NCBI GenBank assembly: GCA_030704615.1
Contig: CM060733.1
Location: 64,604,001-64,668,000 of the forward strand
From: Takakia lepidozioides
Taxonomy: Eukaryota; Plantae; Bryophyta
DNA: 64,000 nt
Direction of reading: 5' to 3'
Both the position numbers and the translations under genes were made by a program. Of this stretch, positions 63,781 to 64,000 are shown in pieces. Positions within the stretch are counted from its first letter, which is position 1. Each line of letters opens with the position of its first letter. The notes under the pieces are model-generated. The model searched no databases and had not been told where the DNA came from. It worked only from the letters and a program-made list of their open reading frames with translations.

Positions 63781-64000
63781 ATGGTGTTAGGAAACAGACC
63801 GAGTTGGGGCAAGTGGTTGGCCAGACAACACTTTGGAGTCTAAAGTTACTGAAACTTATGGAGCTGCGGAAGGGATAGTCAGTATTGCACTGTTTAACAG
63901 AGTTCTTGATTCTAATAGCACTAGAACATACTAGCTACAACAATTCAGCCCATGTGTGGGCTTGCTTGTTTTTGGCTGGGCCTTTTGAGGCATGGATTTT

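Overview
Eukaryotic nuclear DNA from a land plant (GT-AG introns, an F-box/kelch gene, a PLS-E-DYW PPR gene, Ty1/copia, Ty3/gypsy and non-LTR fragments). A non-seed plant is likely, but that is inference. The main feature is a family of large Mutator-like DNA transposons, present as one nearly complete copy (A, 11130-25924) and at least four partial or diverged relatives (B 25925-30589, C 34144-39232, E 39233-42400, D 58610-62093). Copy A has G6-CTGCTATTTCATGAGC termini and two divergently transcribed genes. One is a GCM-like/MULE-DDE/SWIM transposase. The other is a spliced gene joining a ParB/Srx-like domain (DGNHR) to a beta-class N4C/N6A DNA-methyltransferase fold (DIPD ... VLDLICGTG). Between them lies an array of about 31 copies of a 22-bp palindrome at a near-strict 53-bp period. 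Different subfamilies carry different palindromes, and most spacings are close to whole helical turns (about 31, 53, 64 and 74 bp). My inference is a transposon-encoded ParB/parS-like system coupled to a methyltransferase fold. A second notable item is a DYW-PPR editing-factor gene apparently spliced to upstream OSB-type PDF ssDNA-binding motifs. All domain calls come from motif recognition by eye; no searches were run.
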